Shown here one piece after another: positions 63,995-64,000 of a stretch of 64,000 nucleotides of DNA; the first letter of the stretch is position 1, and each line of letters begins with the position of its first letter. A program made the position numbers and the translations under genes. This DNA comes from an uncultured Verrucomicrobiae bacterium (GTDB taxonomy: Bacteria > Verrucomicrobiota > Verrucomicrobiia > Opitutales > JABDGR01). The stretch is from contig CAVXVB010000005.1 of assembly GCA_963765205.1 (NCBI GenBank), positions 512,001-576,000 on the forward strand, written 5' to 3'. The notes under the pieces are model-generated. The model made no database searches and was not told the origin of the DNA. It worked only from the letters and a program-made list of their open reading frames with translations.

Positions 63995-64000
63995 TCCTGA

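Overview
GC-rich bacterial chromosome segment. The 16S sequence (e.g. GCAGCAGTTTCGAATCATTCACAATG) points to Verrucomicrobiota, probably class Opitutia. Housekeeping content: gcvT/gcvH, cyclophilin, rplU-rpmA, RNase Y, trpS, msrA, ppdK, purQ-purL-purF, an EmrAB/OMF efflux pump with a LysR regulator, two hybrid histidine kinases, and one complete rRNA operon (16S, tRNA-Ala, tRNA-Ile, 23S, 5S). Main unexplained signals: (1) a ~900-nt, densely base-paired candidate RNA gene at ~28.5-29.4 kb with no credible protein ORF; it has its own sigma70-like promoter, the same boxA-like 9-mer as the rRNA operon, GNRA/UUCG hairpins, a loop-loop pseudoknot and a terminator, and sits directly downstream of a cluster of DnaA-box-like sites (candidate oriC away from dnaA); (2) a two-gene, apparently split vitellogenin/MTP-like lipid-transfer protein head-to-head with a 1461-aa AsmA-like protein; (3) a membrane-anchored ECF sigma factor with a sigma-less paralog; (4) a receptor pseudokinase; (5) a histidine kinase bracketed by a duplicated rny 3' end and followed by a T4 endonuclease V homolog; (6) a Y1/RAYT-like transposase with inverted REP flanks next to toxin-antitoxin debris. 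Several frameshifts, one in purL, suggest indel errors in the assembly. All family calls come from reading motifs by eye, not from database searches.
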